IMG/VR virus record: IMGVR_UViG_3300033149_001989 | Span: 32,001-96,000 of that record | Reading direction: 5' to 3' (one strand) | Source of the DNA: a virus | DNA: 64,000 nt | In this document: in pieces, positions 10,720-20,541 of the stretch | Layout of the letters: every line of letters starts with the position of its first letter | How positions within the stretch are numbered: the stretch's first letter is position 1 | The notes under the pieces: generated by a model | Database searches by the model: none | The model's input: the letters and a program-made list of their open reading frames with translations, nothing else | Told to the model about the DNA's origin: nothing | Program-made: the position numbers and the translations under genes

Positions 10720-10913
10720 TTTCTTCTAGCCTTCTCAACTATAATACCGATGTCACCAATCTTCTTACATTTAAACCACTCTCTAGCTGTGACAAATATG
10801 TATTTGTCACGACACGTCATACACCGAAAACGAAGCAAGCAAGAGGCACACTCACCGTGACACCAAGAATAACTGATGTATTTATCATCTTCAGTAACTA
10901 ATCTTCTAATCAT
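10716..10913 (-). CDS. Small protein carrying CxxCxxRFxC[ST] module
   Basis: CHGECASCLLRFRCMT; promoter immediately upstream. Confidence 0.65.
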   Translation of the reverse strand: MIRRLVTEDDKYISYSWCHGECASCLLRFRCMTCRDKYIFVTAREWFKCKKIGDIGIIVEKARRK

Positions 10914-10925
10914 CTTCCCATTATA

Positions 10926-10954
10926 ATTATATCATACGAAGGCAAAGTTGTCAA
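10926..10954 (-). promoter_or_regulatory. sigma70-type promoter
   Basis: TTGACA-17nt-TATAAT with extended TG. Confidence 0.8.
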
Positions 10955-11028
10955 GCCTTAAACGTAGGTTTTTATATATAAGTGCCGACATTACGGAACG
11001 AAGTTTGAAAAAATTTTTATAATTTTGG

Positions 11029-11052
11029 GAATGGGACGGCAAGTTTAAAAAT
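11029..11052 (+). repeat. 24-25 bp direct repeat, copy 1
   Basis: GAATGGGACGGCAAGTTTAAAAAT; copy 2 at 15901-15925 has one extra A. Confidence 0.8.
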
Positions 11053-11451
11053 TGTTCTTATTGCGTGAGATGACCACAACAACGTGAAGATGTGCCACCC
11101 GCCCTATTTTTTAACGCTGGGGCGGGCGGCTATCTCAGTTCCAAGTATCATATAAGTCTTTACCGTCAATACGTAGGTAAAGATTTAAGGTGTCAACGTA
11201 ATAGGTATGCTGTTTTGTGATTAAGTCACAAAGTAATGTTAGGTAATCAAAAGTAGACAAAAACATAAATCACCCCCGTTTTTTGGTTTTACTTTGTCGC
11301 ATAGCATTTAAATCCTCTACTTGCTTTTTGTGAATTATACAAGTATTGCAATTCTTGTGTTTGCAATCTAAACAAGACATAAAGCACCTCTCATTTTTTA
11401 TTGCTAGTTTCATTTTATAGTCTCGAAACTAGCAAACTGTGACTATAGAGG

Positions 11452-12132
11452 TTAGCTAGGTTCGTCTTGGTTTTCAGCTAGGATGCGAGCTTGCGCATCA
11501 GTATCACTTTTTAATTTAATCTCAGGTGTATCAAGACTATCGTCACGGTATCCTGACCGTTTACTTATAGGTATCTTCCTTGGTGAATACTGATAACGCA
11601 ATTTTTTGCTTCCATCTTCCCATCCAGCTATGTGGACTGATAGTAATTTGGGTTTTGACTTGTCTACCACATGGGGAGAATGAATCATCGTCATCCCACC
11701 AATACCATCAAAAGCTGATATTAAATTGTCTGTTAGGGTAGTTGCGGTTTTAGCAACTTCTTTGAAGAGTACTATCATTTGTTTTGAAGACAATTTAACA
11801 TCACCCCGTTGAAATTTAATTGCTGTATTGATGGGTGCAAGAAAATCTTGCGTTTCGATAATTAAATTGTCTCTTGTTTGCTGGTCTTGCTCTCTCTTAC
11901 CACTATTAGATGGTTTATTGAGAGCACTGATAGCATTAAGGTACTCTTCGAACTCAATTCCGAAAATTTTAGCATCTTCAGCTTGACGCTTGGTAATATC
12001 AGCTTCAGTAACCCCGTCAATCTTTGCTAGGTTTTCGTATTCTTTGCGTTTTCTACCTAGTGTTGACTTGCTTATCATTTTATTACCTCTCCGTTTAGTT
12101 TTATCAATTTTACTACTTTGGTAGTCATTCAC
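11452..12132 (-). CDS. Hypothetical protein (start may be ATG 12078)
   Basis: 226-aa ORF, SD GGAGAGG before the second ATG; inverted repeat 11401-11435 downstream. Confidence 0.6.
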   Translation of the reverse strand: MNDYQSSKIDKTKRRGNKMISKSTLGRKRKEYENLAKIDGVTEADITKRQAEDAKIFGIEFEEYLNAISALNKPSNSGKREQDQQTRDNLIIETQDFLAPINTAIKFQRGDVKLSSKQMIVLFKEVAKTATTLTDNLISAFDGIGGMTMIHSPHVVDKSKPKLLSVHIAGWEDGSKKLRYQYSPRKIPISKRSGYRDDSLDTPEIKLKSDTDAQARILAENQDEPS

Positions 12133-12274
12133 CTAGCATTGATTTACTAGCTTGGTACCAGTATAGCAAACTGGACTCAGTATCTCTACTGATAGCTTTA
12201 TGTTGCTTACTCTTACCTTTGCAACTAGGTTTATTGTTTTATCATTCATACTCCATATTTTTTATTCTACTCCA

Positions 12275-12303
12275 ATTATAAAGGATAATTCTTAATTTGT
12301 CAA
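12275..12303 (-). promoter_or_regulatory. sigma70-type promoter
   Basis: TTGACA-17nt-TATAAT. Confidence 0.75.
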
Positions 12304-12811
12304 GTGGTTTTTAGGGTTTTTTGGACTAATTTTAAAAAATTCGCTAAAAATCTAGCAAGGAGTAGCTGCTGGTTTTATACATATTTTCGTATGTCAAATT
12401 GGTACAAAAGCCATGGTATAGAACAACGAACAGGCAAAAATGCCCGAACCAGAACAACCAAACAGAACTGGCACCCCCTCTCGGCTAGTCGGCTATTGTC
12501 GGCTTCATGCTGAGTAGCAAAAATGCCGTAGATGATAAAAAATATGGCAAATATGCCAATGGTTGAACGGAAACAAACTATCAAGACTAGACTGTATTTT
12601 CAGGCTCAAATCTATTTATTTACACCCAAAAAACACTTCGCACAAAAAATTGCTACATCATGCTCTTCTACAAATTCGCCGTTTTCAATAATAGCAAAAT
12701 TGCCTGAGCTAGAATAACCAAGTTTTACTATATGGCAATTCTGCCAGATTGTAGAACAGCAGAGGGCAATGAGTTTTCGTACTACCCTCTAACTTTGTGG
12801 TGATTTTTTAT

Positions 12812-13102
12812 TTACTTACTTACCCAAAATTCACATTCCGCATCATCATCTATCCATTCTAGTGGTAATACCCAGACATAACCTTGCTTGTCAAATAGGA
12901 TTAGGTTATTAGAGTCATCAAATGTAGCACAACGTTTACGAGAGTTACATTTTATCTCCGCATTTATGATGGTATTAGGAAGATACGGAATTTTACCTTG
13001 CTCATACCAAAGTTTTGCTACTTTGTCACATTCTATATTGTTTTTGCAATTGTGACACTGACCTGACTCCTTTCTGGTAAATTTACTGTCTATGTAGTCC
13101 AT
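12812..13102 (-). CDS. Hypothetical Cys-rich protein
   Basis: SD GGAGGTG; own promoter; CHNCKNNIEC. Confidence 0.65.
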   Translation of the reverse strand: MDYIDSKFTRKESGQCHNCKNNIECDKVAKLWYEQGKIPYLPNTIINAEIKCNSRKRCATFDDSNNLILFDKQGYVWVLPLEWIDDDAECEFWVSK

Positions 13103-13127
13103 TACTACACCTCCTATATTTTCTTAC

Positions 13128-13156
13128 ATTATACCATAGTACATAATATTTGTCAA
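13128..13156 (-). promoter_or_regulatory. sigma70-type promoter
   Basis: TTGACA-17nt-TATAAT with extended TG. Confidence 0.8.
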
Positions 13157-13317
13157 GTTAAATTTGTGGCATACTTTCGGCTATTGATTATCAGAGGCAA
13201 TAATGCCTAATTGCAGTAAGGGCAAATATGCCTGGAGATGAACGGCATTCAATTTAAATTTGGGTACTATTGCCAAAGGGCTGAACAGGCAATATGGGAT
13301 TGGCGCCTTGGGCACTA

Positions 13318-13342
13318 AGAAAGGGGCGAAAAGCCCCTTTCT
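13318..13342. terminator. GC-rich hairpin, probable terminator
   Basis: AGAAAGGGGC-GAAAA-GCCCCTTTCT downstream of the 13409-13612 gene. Confidence 0.6.
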
Positions 13343-13408
13343 CAAACCCAATATATCTTTACTTAATCGGCGGAACTCACCTCCCTTCTACTAGCAGTCA
13401 GGTGCCGC

Positions 13409-13612
13409 TTACTTGACCTTCACCACAACACCGTCACGTACCTCTACCTGAGCATACCAACGGTGTGGCTCTGGATAGTGAGGACCTTCCACAAATTCGA
13501 TACCGTTCTCTTTGGGGGTTCCTAAGCCAGGAGCATACAAAGTAATCTTGTCCCCACGTGCCACAGCTTCCTTGAATGCTTTTTTGTTTTTGAAGTTAAT
13601 GCTTGTATACAT
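13409..13612 (-). CDS. Small hypothetical phage protein
   Basis: SD AAGGAG; VEGPHYPEPHRWYAQV. Confidence 0.7.
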   Translation of the reverse strand: MYTSINFKNKKAFKEAVARGDKITLYAPGLGTPKENGIEFVEGPHYPEPHRWYAQVEVRDGVVVKVK

Positions 13613-13628
13613 TTTATAACTCCTTTCT

Positions 13629-13841
13629 TCATTTAATGTGGTCTGCCATAAAATCCCAATGCTCTTTGAAGACTTTACTGCCAGCTTTGTGCTTGCGGTT
13701 GCATTTGGTACAGAAGTAGGATTTAATAGCAGGTTTTGCCCTCTCTTCTGCTATCGCTTTGTCAACCTGAGCCTGACGCTCTGCAAGCATCTCTTTGGTC
13801 GGGTGTGCCGCATACCAATCTTCCTTCTTCCAGATCCTCAT
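13629..13841 (-). CDS. Small hypothetical protein (CxxC-H-H finger)
   Basis: YFCTKCNRKH...H; promoter upstream. Confidence 0.6.
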   Translation of the reverse strand: MRIWKKEDWYAAHPTKEMLAERQAQVDKAIAEERAKPAIKSYFCTKCNRKHKAGSKVFKEHWDFMADHIK

Positions 13842-13851
13842 TGTTACTTAC

Positions 13852-13880
13852 ATTGTAACATATAGCCCGAAATTTGTCAA
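13852..13880 (-). promoter_or_regulatory. sigma70-type promoter
   Basis: TTGACA-17nt-TACAAT with extended TG. Confidence 0.75.
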
Positions 13881-14330
13881 GTCCCACTTGAATGCCAGGA
13901 GCTGTTATTAGGACAAAATTGCCAGACCAAATAAAAGGCAATAGTGCCCAGGACTGAACAGGAGATAGGCTCCGCTTTCCAGCTCTCTGACTGGATTAAA
14001 GCAAATCCTATCTTCAAGTGCTAGGCTTTTGTGACAGTTAACTTTATCTTATCAGGGTTGCCAAGCTCAGCGACTTCCGTCTTAAGGAGATAAAGCTGTT
14101 TAGGATGACCGTCTGACTGTTCGGCAAACCTGATGGTATTCTTGGTTACTTTGTCTTTGTATAGTATAACTTCCATCTAACTCCTTCCTTGCCAGTGAGT
14201 GACAGGTGGGATAGCAATTACACCATTCACCACAGTAATGACACCCAAGCGGGCAATTATTGACTGGTGTTGCGTTTTTAATAATTTTCATTTTAACCCC
14301 CGATAACTCCGATTGCTAATGGTGCCTCCC

Positions 14331-14525
14331 TTACAAAGATTTCAACACTGACTTGAGAGCATCAGCATCTTTGCACGCCTGAGCAATTGCTTGCTGCTTA
14401 TGCTGGAGACTACAAAAGTTAAAACCATTTGGCTCATTATGAATAGCAAGACCAAGTATGGCTCTAACACTGATAGTCAACTTGTTGAGCGTGCCGTTAA
14501 GAGCAAGTTCATCGTTATTAGTCAT
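14331..14525 (-). CDS. Hypothetical protein
   Basis: Strong SD AAGGAGG. Confidence 0.55.
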   Translation of the reverse strand: MTNNDELALNGTLNKLTISVRAILGLAIHNEPNGFNFCSLQHKQQAIAQACKDADALKSVLKSL

Positions 14526-14601
14526 TGGCTTCCTCCTTTCCCTATGTTATTTATCACACCGTAAAATATCACAGTAAATAGCGACAACTAACAACAAATA
14601 T

Positions 14602-14913
14602 CTACGAAATCGGCGCATTTTTCTTCAACTCCTGACAAATTTTACAATGGCGAGATAAATTCTTCTCCCGTTTCAGGCGTATCTCCCGATAACGTGCTTC
14701 CTGTTTTGTGGGATAGGTTTCTACTAGTCCTATCTGAAAGTCACATCCCTTATCAAGAGCATATCTGACTAACATTGAACCTGTCCCGTTACGATGTTTC
14801 TTGATACGCTCACTAACACCTAAACTGGTATATCCTATATAGTGTCTAGCATTACTCCAATAACGTTTATCAAAATGTAGAATATAGACCTGATTTTCTC
14901 GTGGCTTATTCAT
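14602..14913 (-). CDS. GIY-YIG nuclease-like protein
   Basis: VYIL...HYIGYT...ERIKKH...EIRLKR. Confidence 0.75.
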   Translation of the reverse strand: MNKPRENQVYILHFDKRYWSNARHYIGYTSLGVSERIKKHRNGTGSMLVRYALDKGCDFQIGLVETYPTKQEARYREIRLKREKNLSRHCKICQELKKNAPIS

Positions 14914-15095
14914 TTGTCTAACTCCTTCTATGCTTGCTGGCTCGGTTTCACCTGACCATCTGGTTTGCTCGGCACCAAACTAGCCGAAATCACACATCCC
15001 CAGCAGTTTCCCGATTATCACACCATTTCTTTGCCCCCCAATCAGTAAGGTCATTGGAATTAGTCCACAATCTTCACACCTCTATATTCTCCCTT

Positions 15096-15124
15096 ATCCT
15101 ATCACAATGCCATAGATTTGTCAA
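15096..15124 (-). promoter_or_regulatory. sigma70-type promoter
   Basis: TTGACA-17nt-TAGGAT with extended TG. Confidence 0.65.
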
Positions 15125-15327
15125 GTACAACTTACACGCCCACCAAATTCGTTTGGCAAAATTGCCCCACAAAATGAGACGGTTCGAAGGCAAAAACACC
15201 GAGCAAATTTTATGGCTTTAATGCCAAAGACTGAACAGCACCTCGGTTCTTGGCTTTGTAAGAACTCCATCACAGTTTCGGCTGTTTTTGTAATGTTATC
15301 TAGTAAACATCTTATGCCTCCCTGTAT

Positions 15328-15624
15328 CTATTTAATTTTGTAATAGGCTATGTCTCCCTGTCTATTAACATTTATCATCGTAAGCCTGCTATTCTTAGCC
15401 CCCGATAAAATACTCACAACATCATCTTGCCTTAATGTCTTGAAGTTAGCATAACCTAGCGGTGATTTAGTCTTCTTCCAATGAGATATAGCCCTTGGAG
15501 TTAGTTCAAGGTTATTGGGAATGTCTGCCCAATCGAAGCAGAATTTAGTATCCCAATTACGAGACAAACCATGAGCATATTTGTGCCCCCTCTTTATTAT
15601 TACAACTTTACTCCACCGCTTCAC
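15328..15624 (-). CDS. Hypothetical protein
   Basis: GGGAGG SD, GTG start, own promoter. Confidence 0.55.
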   Translation of the reverse strand: MKRWSKVVIIKRGHKYAHGLSRNWDTKFCFDWADIPNNLELTPRAISHWKKTKSPLGYANFKTLRQDDVVSILSGAKNSRLTMINVNRQGDIAYYKIK

Positions 15625-15658
15625 TTCTTTTTAAACCTCCCTTATCGCTTTAACATAC

Positions 15659-15687
15659 ATATTACCACAAGCCATTAAATAAGTCAA
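15659..15687 (-). promoter_or_regulatory. sigma70-type promoter
   Basis: TTGACT-17nt-TAATAT with extended TG. Confidence 0.6.
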
Positions 15688-15900
15688 GTTATATTTTTAA
15701 GCCTTCTTAAATACTCATCCTTACGGCAAAATAGCCATATAGAACAGGACTTAGAACCTGGCTTTTTACAATAGAGTAACTACGTGGCAATAATGTTAGA
15801 ACCGAACAAGCACGTGGGGCAGTAGTGTTATCTTTCTTCTTGTCCCCTAGGCAATAGTGTTGTATAGTAGAACAGCATATGTATTAGAATGGAACGTCAA

Positions 15901-15925
15901 GAATGGGACGGCAAAGTTTAAAAAT
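15901..15925 (+). repeat. 24-25 bp direct repeat, copy 2
   Basis: GAATGGGACGGCAAAGTTTAAAAAT. Confidence 0.8.
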
Positions 15926-16204
15926 GACTCTCCACGAGGAGAAAACGTTGCTAGTCATACCCTATAAGGTGCCCTCTTTTGCCTATTATTACACGTCTTA
16001 CACAATACTCTGAAGCCGTTCTTATATGTAATACCATTAACGGTGTAATCATTAGGATAATTATTATCTCTAAGCCATCTATAAAAAGCAGCACTATCAC
16101 CATGTTTTAATTCTTCCCTATGTTGCTTGCCATATGCGTATTTATAGGGGTAGGATGGAATGCCAATTTACAAAACCAAATCCCACGACGGCTAGAACCT
16201 GTGC

Positions 16205-16233
16205 TTGACACTTTTCAGGCTTTATGATAAGAT
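16205..16233 (+). promoter_or_regulatory. sigma70-type promoter opening the + strand arm
   Basis: TTGACA-17nt-TAAGAT with extended TG. Confidence 0.7.
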
Positions 16234-16266
16234 ATATATGAAACTGAGGAAGGGAGATAATACCAA

Positions 16267-16680
16267 ATGGCACGAAAAGGTAAGCAATCTGAGATATACC
16301 ATTGTGACGGTTATTACTATCACAAGGTATGCCCCTCTCGTGGGGAAGAAGACCCTGCCGACATCCGTATTGACAGTCAAGGATGGGTTCGGCGTTCCCG
16401 TTGTATCTGTAAGACATTAGGACTGTCACCATTCTCTACACCAAAATACGAAATGTGCCCCCACTGTGTTGAATTCAAAAAATACTTTCGACACGCACCC
16501 GCTCATGACCGAGCCACTCTCATTGAGCGGACACCGTTCAAGGCAATCAGTTCGGATTACAAAGTGCAACGGGCGTGGAAAACCCAAAGGTCATTAGTGA
16601 AGTTTTTGGCAGACCATCCTACCTGTCATGGTGTAAATGTAAATACAGGACAAATTATCTATGCTAAAACAGTGGTGTAA
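16267..16680 (+). CDS. Hypothetical Cys-rich protein
   Basis: SD GGGAG; first gene after the promoter. Confidence 0.6.
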   Translation: MARKGKQSEIYHCDGYYYHKVCPSRGEEDPADIRIDSQGWVRRSRCICKTLGLSPFSTPKYEMCPHCVEFKKYFRHAPAHDRATLIERTPFKAISSDYKVQRAWKTQRSLVKFLADHPTCHGVNVNTGQIIYAKTVV

Positions 16681-16707
16681 AAAAGAAGAAGAAAGGAGAT
16701 AGCCAGA

Positions 16708-17055
16708 ATGACCTGTAAGATATGCGGGGTGGGCTCCACGTCTATGTTATGTGGTGCTTGTGAGGCTAACAAAGACGAAATGGATAACTACTCTGGGCAG
16801 AACCATGATACTCTTATCAGCAGGATAATGAATATGCCAGACGATTTATTCTTCTATGGTTTAAAAAAGCATATTCTACTCAAGGACACAAATGGCACCC
16901 CTCTTGTTGATTATCTCTGCAAGGTAGATAATGGAACTATCTGGGAGAGGCTCAAGGGGTATCGTGGTAGTCGTGGCGTGTCATATCAATCTGACACCAA
17001 TTCTTGGGCAAATCCATATGATAGATATGATACTAACCCGATAAAATACTGGTAG
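16708..17055 (+). CDS. Hypothetical protein with N-terminal Zn finger
   Basis: SD AAGGAG; CKIC...CGAC. Confidence 0.6.
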   Translation: MTCKICGVGSTSMLCGACEANKDEMDNYSGQNHDTLISRIMNMPDDLFFYGLKKHILLKDTNGTPLVDYLCKVDNGTIWERLKGYRGSRGVSYQSDTNSWANPYDRYDTNPIKYW

Positions 17056-17064
17056 AGGTGAGTT

Positions 17065-17529
17065 ATGACCGAAGCCAAAGCAAAAGCGGAGAGAGTGGAT
17101 AATAGCATCCGCCAAGAACAAGATGAAGTCGCTGAACAGCGCCGTAGGGGTAATTTGGCTTGGAGAATAGCAAGGGAAATTGATACGCTATCCTTTGATA
17201 AGGATGGTATTATTTTTATCACTGATTGTAAATTCTCCGATAATGACATCTTCTACATAGACAGCAATGACATTGCCAAAGGGTTGGATACTGCAATATC
17301 AATTCAGAATTGTGTAGATAGGTATGGTGTCCCAGTACAGTTTAGAGTTGATATGCACTTTCGTCGCCACAGGTCACGTAATCGTAAGTATATCGTCATT
17401 ACTGAAGCAGATAGAGGCTATTCAATCAAAGTTACCAGAGCTAAAAGAATTAGCACACAAAGAGTAAGCAAAGCAACGGAAGCGTCAAAGTCAGAGAATA
17501 AATTAGAAAGGAGGCACCAAATGAAATGA
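17065..17529 (+). CDS. Hypothetical protein
   Basis: SD GAGGTG; operonic. Confidence 0.6.
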   Translation: MTEAKAKAERVDNSIRQEQDEVAEQRRRGNLAWRIAREIDTLSFDKDGIIFITDCKFSDNDIFYIDSNDIAKGLDTAISIQNCVDRYGVPVQFRVDMHFRRHRSRNRKYIVITEADRGYSIKVTRAKRISTQRVSKATEASKSENKLERRHQMK

Positions 17530-18203
17530 AGGCAAAAGTGATTTTGGAAGGGAAATCAATAAGCCCACCTCCAGGTACCCCTGTTGCTTCATCTCTAGAC
17601 AGCAGGTATGGTGGTGGCAGAAAAGGTAAAATTCTTGGTGTTCCAGTATGGCTTAAAGGAATTTCACCCACTTGCGAGAAGCTAAATTATGACCGTTCAC
17701 CATATTATGAAAGAGCGGCATATATTATTAGTGAAATGCTTGGTCTAAACCTTGTCCCGCCGACAATACTTTACTTACTAGAAGGCGAAGTAGTATCTGC
17801 TATGAAGTGGATGACTAGGGCAGAGGCTGCGTGGGATAGAGCAGAGGAAACCGACCCCCAGTGGAAACTGCGACTTGATGTATTTGATTATCTTATTGGT
17901 AACACTGACAGACATTGTGGCAACTGGTTAATCACGAAAACAGGTAGGGTGTGGGCGATTGATAATGCTTATGCTTTTAACTTTGCAAGTTATGATAATG
18001 GGCGTGGATATGGAGACGAATTTGACTTGAGAAAGGGAAGCAAATTGCCTACGAAGATTGTTCTAAAGATGCGGCAAACAGTGGAAAATCCAGATTACTT
18101 TCGTAGCCAACTGAATGGGTTGATAGATAAAGAAATAATAGAGGCTATCTTAAAAAGGATGGAGAAGATAGTAAAGAAAATAGAGAAAGGAGGTGCCGAG
18201 TGA
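17526..18203 (+). CDS. PI3/PI4-kinase-like (HipA-related) kinase
   Basis: ERAAY...LGLNLVPPT...FDYLIGNTDRHCGNWL...WAIDNAYAF. Confidence 0.8.
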   Translation: MKAKVILEGKSISPPPGTPVASSLDSRYGGGRKGKILGVPVWLKGISPTCEKLNYDRSPYYERAAYIISEMLGLNLVPPTILYLLEGEVVSAMKWMTRAEAAWDRAEETDPQWKLRLDVFDYLIGNTDRHCGNWLITKTGRVWAIDNAYAFNFASYDNGRGYGDEFDLRKGSKLPTKIVLKMRQTVENPDYFRSQLNGLIDKEIIEAILKRMEKIVKKIEKGGAE

Positions 18204-18499
18204 AAACCTATAAAGCAGTCCTATTTAGCCCAGACGGAGATTGGGTGGTGGATTATGGAAATTGCGAAACAAAAGAACAAGTCATTGACAGGCTGGCAAA
18301 CCGAGGTTCAAGATGGTATTTCTTTCCGTTTGAGGGTATCATTTTGGATAAGGGCGGACTAACTACCGCAAATCAGCGATTGCTCGATGTGGCTCCAAAC
18401 TTACCAAGAGAGTTAGTTGGTAAGTCAATCAAGACAGTCAAGCGGTGGTTTGAGAGGCAGACTGATACTGACTTATACTATTATTTAACAGGTGGGTAA
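18200..18499 (+). CDS. Hypothetical protein
   Basis: GTGA overlap, SD GGAGG. Confidence 0.6.
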   Translation: MKTYKAVLFSPDGDWVVDYGNCETKEQVIDRLANRGSRWYFFPFEGIILDKGGLTTANQRLLDVAPNLPRELVGKSIKTVKRWFERQTDTDLYYYLTGG

Positions 18500-18905
18500 T
18501 GTTTATATTTGGCTACCAGATATAAATTGGAAGTTCTGGCGTAAAAAGAAATTAGTTCCCATAGTGGGATTGGTGCCACTGGAGAGTGGAAAAAGGGGAC
18601 TGAACGACGGAAACCAACATCTGGACAGCGACTCGTGGCAACTGAACAGAACTTGACAGAGAATAGGCTCTGTGGTAAGATGATAATAGGGAGAACAGAG
18701 AAGGAAAAGATGGTATTAAAGGTAATCCCAATAGACGAACTAGAAAAGGCGGCGGAGAATAGGAAAAGAATAGAGGAACAACGCCGAAAAGAACCTTACT
18801 ACTGGTGGGAATATCCTGATGTTGAGTATAAACAAGAAGCCAGTAATCCAAGAGGGTTAGCACAAACTCGTAAAGAATTAAAAGAGAGAAATGAAAGGAG
18901 TAAAA

Positions 18906-20267
18906 ATGGCAGAAATACGTAGATTAACTGTTGAAAGTTCTTATTGTAAGAACTGGACTGTTGTTGATGCCCTGCGGGAACTGATACAAAATGCTTTAGA
19001 TACGAAAACAAAAGTTACTTTTAATAATTGCGGCAGTAAATTGTGGGAGATTAGAGATAGAGGTCAGGGATTAAAGTTAACAGACTTTCTAATTGGTAGG
19101 AGTTCAAAACAGTCAAATGACGGAGTAATTGGGCAGTTTGGTGAGGGTGCTCCTATTGGATGCTTAGTTCTTGCTCGTAATAACCGTAAGGTAACGGTGC
19201 AGTCACTGGGCAAACAGTATTCATTCTCCCTCCAGTATGATAACCAGTGGGAAACTGACTTGCTGACTATCAGTATTGACACTTGTGATACTGGTAGAGG
19301 GACAGGCGTATTTGTAGAGTGTAGTGAAGAGGAGATAAATTCGGCGAAACATTTATTTATGAAATTAAACCCACCACTTGTATTGCACAAAGTGAGGGCT
19401 TCTACATTCAAAGCAGATATTCTGGACTGCCCCAAAATTATATATGTTAACGGATTAGTCGTAACGCAAGTTGACTCTATGTTTGGTTACAATTTCTATG
19501 ATAAGTCTCTTGTAAACAGGGATAGAGCGGCAATCGGTTATGATGCTGTTAGAGGGCAAGTCGAGGCTACATTAAGTAACTTAACTAATCAATATTTAAT
19601 TGAGAAATTACTCAAAAGTGCGGTGGGTAATTCTGATAGTTCTTTTATTGAATTTAATGTTAATTTTAACCCACGAAGAAACGTTTGGCTTAGAGTAATT
19701 AGAGAATGTTTTGGTGATAGAGTATGTTTGAGTAGCAATCCAAAGGATGATTTAAGAGCTACAGAAGATAACTGGTCTGTCCTTAAAGTACCACTTAATT
19801 TTTGCTTTTCACTTGATTTTATTCTACCGTATTCTACTAAGGTTGGTGGCAAAGATAAAAAAATAATACCACAAAAAGATTTATCAATATCAGAAAAAAC
19901 TCTTCTTGCTAGAGGCAAAGCAATTGCGGATGAGGTGGCGAAAGAAGTTGGTTTAGATACATTTCCTATTAAAATATTTGAGGATACTATCTCGCAAGAT
20001 ATAAAACGATTTGACTGGAGAGGATACTATCATAATGGCACAGTCGGGGTAGCGTGGGAGTTGCTAAAAACTGGCAGTATTAGCGATGTGGTTAAAACTA
20101 TCCTACACGAGTACATTCACGGTACAAATGGACACGAAGATAATTCTAGGGCATTTGAAAATGACCTGTGCGATGTTATTGCAACTTTAGCCCTAACTTG
20201 GATAGCAGAGAAAAACAATAAAGCCAGATGGAGTGGATTAAACTATGCGTTACGAGATATGTCATAA
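18906..20267 (+). CDS. GHKL (HATPase) ATPase fused to HExxH metallopeptidase-like domain
   Basis: ALRELIQNALD, IRDRGQG, IGQFGEG, GT; C-terminal ILHEYIH...H. Confidence 0.75.
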   Translation: MAEIRRLTVESSYCKNWTVVDALRELIQNALDTKTKVTFNNCGSKLWEIRDRGQGLKLTDFLIGRSSKQSNDGVIGQFGEGAPIGCLVLARNNRKVTVQSLGKQYSFSLQYDNQWETDLLTISIDTCDTGRGTGVFVECSEEEINSAKHLFMKLNPPLVLHKVRASTFKADILDCPKIIYVNGLVVTQVDSMFGYNFYDKSLVNRDRAAIGYDAVRGQVEATLSNLTNQYLIEKLLKSAVGNSDSSFIEFNVNFNPRRNVWLRVIRECFGDRVCLSSNPKDDLRATEDNWSVLKVPLNFCFSLDFILPYSTKVGGKDKKIIPQKDLSISEKTLLARGKAIADEVAKEVGLDTFPIKIFEDTISQDIKRFDWRGYYHNGTVGVAWELLKTGSISDVVKTILHEYIHGTNGHEDNSRAFENDLCDVIATLALTWIAEKNNKARWSGLNYALRDMS

Positions 20268-20541
20268 ACTAGCAATAGCATTTGTCGGGCTTAATGCTCT
20301 GGATGCGTTCCTGACATTAAAGATACTAGAACAGAACGGAACAGAACTAATGCCCCTTGCTAGAACAGTTATAGAACAACCATTGTTATTCTGGTCATTT
20401 AAAATAGGTGGCAGCACATTAGCGGCTTACCTTGTGCTTAGGCTGAACAATAGAAAATTTAGGTCTGCGAGTATTTTGGGGATACTGGTAATGGTTATGG
20501 TAGGTATTTGTATGTTTAACCTAGTAGGTATGCTAACTTGA
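20245..20541 (+). CDS. Small membrane protein (DUF5658-like)
   Basis: LNALDAFLT...GTELMPL...K; three hydrophobic segments. Confidence 0.6.
   Translation: MRYEICHKLAIAFVGLNALDAFLTLKILEQNGTELMPLARTVIEQPLLFWSFKIGGSTLAAYLVLRLNNRKFRSASILGILVMVMVGICMFNLVGMLT

Larger units (their letters stand above)
12433..15861 (+). repeat. Dispersed palindromic boxes GGCA-N4-TGCC, often followed by GAAC(A/G)G, about 15 copies in intergenic spacers
   Basis: Copies start at 12433, 12516, 12546, 12693, 12734, 13196, 13221, 13263, 13912, 13937, 15155, 15214, 15725, 15786, 15850 (0-2 mismatches). Confidence 0.75.

Noticed and set aside
11216-11230. CRP-like site TGTGA-TTAAG-TCACA
   Set aside because: The spacer is 5 nt rather than 6 and it is a single instance.
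12812-13102. CHNCKNNIEC as another copy of the tag
   Set aside because: It has the Cys spacing but lacks the R-F and aromatic-T residues, so it was not counted.
12433-15861. CRISPR array or integron attC array as an explanation of the repeated boxes
   Set aside because: The repeats are about 12 bp, degenerate and irregularly spaced, with no constant spacer length, no attC-type ends and no cas or integrase gene in the window.
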